Assembly (NCBI GenBank): GCA_001823505.1
Contig: MHUS01000010.1
Span: 39,785-77,362 of the forward strand
From: Candidatus Yonathbacteria bacterium RIFCSPHIGHO2_01_FULL_51_10
GTDB lineage: Bacteria > Patescibacteriota > Minisyncoccia > Phycocordibacterales > UBA1539_B
Direction: 5' to 3'
DNA: 37,578 nt
The notes beneath the pieces were generated by a model, which saw only the letters and a list, made by a program, of their open reading frames with translations, was not told the origin of the DNA and did not search any database. The stretch's first letter is position 1; the number at the start of each line of letters is the position of its first letter. Below, in pieces: positions 36,918 to 37,578 of the stretch. The position numbers and the translations under genes were made by a program.

Positions 36918-36949
36918 TTCCACATACTACCAGAAAATGCCCCTGACAC

Positions 36950-36982
36950 AAAAAAACAGCGGGTCCCGAAGGAACCCGCTGT
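36950..36982 (-). terminator. Intrinsic terminator after the PEP-CTERM-type gene
   Basis: Minus strand ACAGCGGGTTCC-TTCG-GGACCCGCTGT followed by a T-run; cUUCGg loop. Confidence 0.85.
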
Positions 36983-37018
36983 GGTTAGGGTGGAGATAGT
37001 TTCTCCACAAAGGTTTGA

Positions 37019-37578
37019 CTACGAAATAGCGAGGGTTGAGCGTGGACTGCGCCCGACAGCCACGAGACCGAGAATGCCGGAGGCGAAGAGCCAAGCTGCT
37101 GCCGGCACGGGTACCGATGACACGGGCACCTGTGCTATGGCCAGCATCTCCTGCGAGACGTCGAGAGGATTCGGTGTATACACCATCATCCCCGAGAACA
37201 CACTGGCGTCATGTGCCCCACTTGTCGCCTGCGTCAGATAGCTCTGCGCAAGCGAATCAAGGGTAACCGCTCCAGGCGTCATGATGTTCCAGATCGCCAA
37301 ATTGATGGCTCCCTGGTCTGTGGGCGTTGCCGCAGGCAGTATCGCCTGTGAAAAAAGCCACCCGACTTGACTGTACTTCACCGGATCGGGCCCGAACTTG
37401 CCGGCACCTCCGATGAGAGCACTGGCGTCATTGGCATCAGCCGTCCATGTCTGACCAATGTGACTGTGCGTGAAAAAGTCGTCACACATCATCAGCACGG
37501 GCAGCCCATCGATCGTCCCGGTGTAAAACCCGGCATACACACCGTTGGTCACGATGCTATTGCCGACTCCGGTGAGCT
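37019..37578 (-). CDS. Surface protein with a VPLPA-CTERM/PEP-CTERM-type sorting signal (5' end lies outside the window)
   Basis: Frame open to the window edge; C-terminus VPVPAAAWLFASGILGLVAVGRSPR (motif, TM helix, basic residues). Confidence 0.85.
   Translation of the reverse strand, partial: LTGVGNSIVTNGVYAGFYTGTIDGLPVLMMCDDFFTHSHIGQTWTADANDASALIGGAGKFGPDPVKYSQVGWLFSQAILPAATPTDQGAINLAIWNIMTPGAVTLDSLAQSYLTQATSGAHDASVFSGMMVYTPNPLDVSQEMLAIAQVPVSSVPVPAAAWLFASGILGLVAVGRSPRSTLAIS

Noticed and set aside
1..37578. tRNA, rRNA, intein, intron, prophage, IS element or stop-codon reassignment
   Set aside because: No cloverleaf or rRNA-like sequence in the short intergenic gaps, no intein-sized inserts, no phage or transposase motifs, and TGA ends uvrC, recR and scpB normally. 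This is by eye only; tRNAscan or Infernal would be decisive.

Overview
A stretch of bacterial chromosome that reads as Patescibacteria (CPR, Parcubacteria-like; an inference from compact UvrC, GluRS and MutY, a short non-discriminating AspRS with YqeY, and leaderless housekeeping genes). TGA is used as a stop, so the code is standard. Housekeeping content: DNA repair and replication (uvrA 3' part, uvrC, rmuC, recR, dnaB, mutY-like, nth, a PD-(D/E)XK nuclease, scpA/scpB), translation (rplU, rplI, rpmA, cysS, gltX, aspS, trpS, yqeY), envelope (mraY, ftsW, murG, D,D-carboxypeptidase, M23 and S41 peptidases) and transport (P-type ATPase, corA). The most notable pattern is two classes of expression signal. 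At least 13 recognisable enzyme/housekeeping genes have a -10 box only 6-10 nt before the start codon and no Shine-Dalgarno. In contrast, 13 accessory genes (12 orphans plus a GGDEF cyclase) sit in self-contained cassettes with near-consensus sigma70 promoters, strong SD sequences and terminators. One cassette holds four small membrane proteins, three of them too short for the ORF track. Other observations: a synonymously diverged rplU fragment flanking a 1.5-kb insert, a VPLPA/PEP-CTERM protein, MutY and Nth lacking the Fe-S motif, a dif-like palindrome where strand usage switches, and an 11-bp-phased array upstream of dnaB. No tRNA, rRNA, CRISPR array, transposase or integrase was seen. Several start codons were re-chosen relative to the ORF track. 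All family calls rest on motifs recognised by eye; no searches were run.
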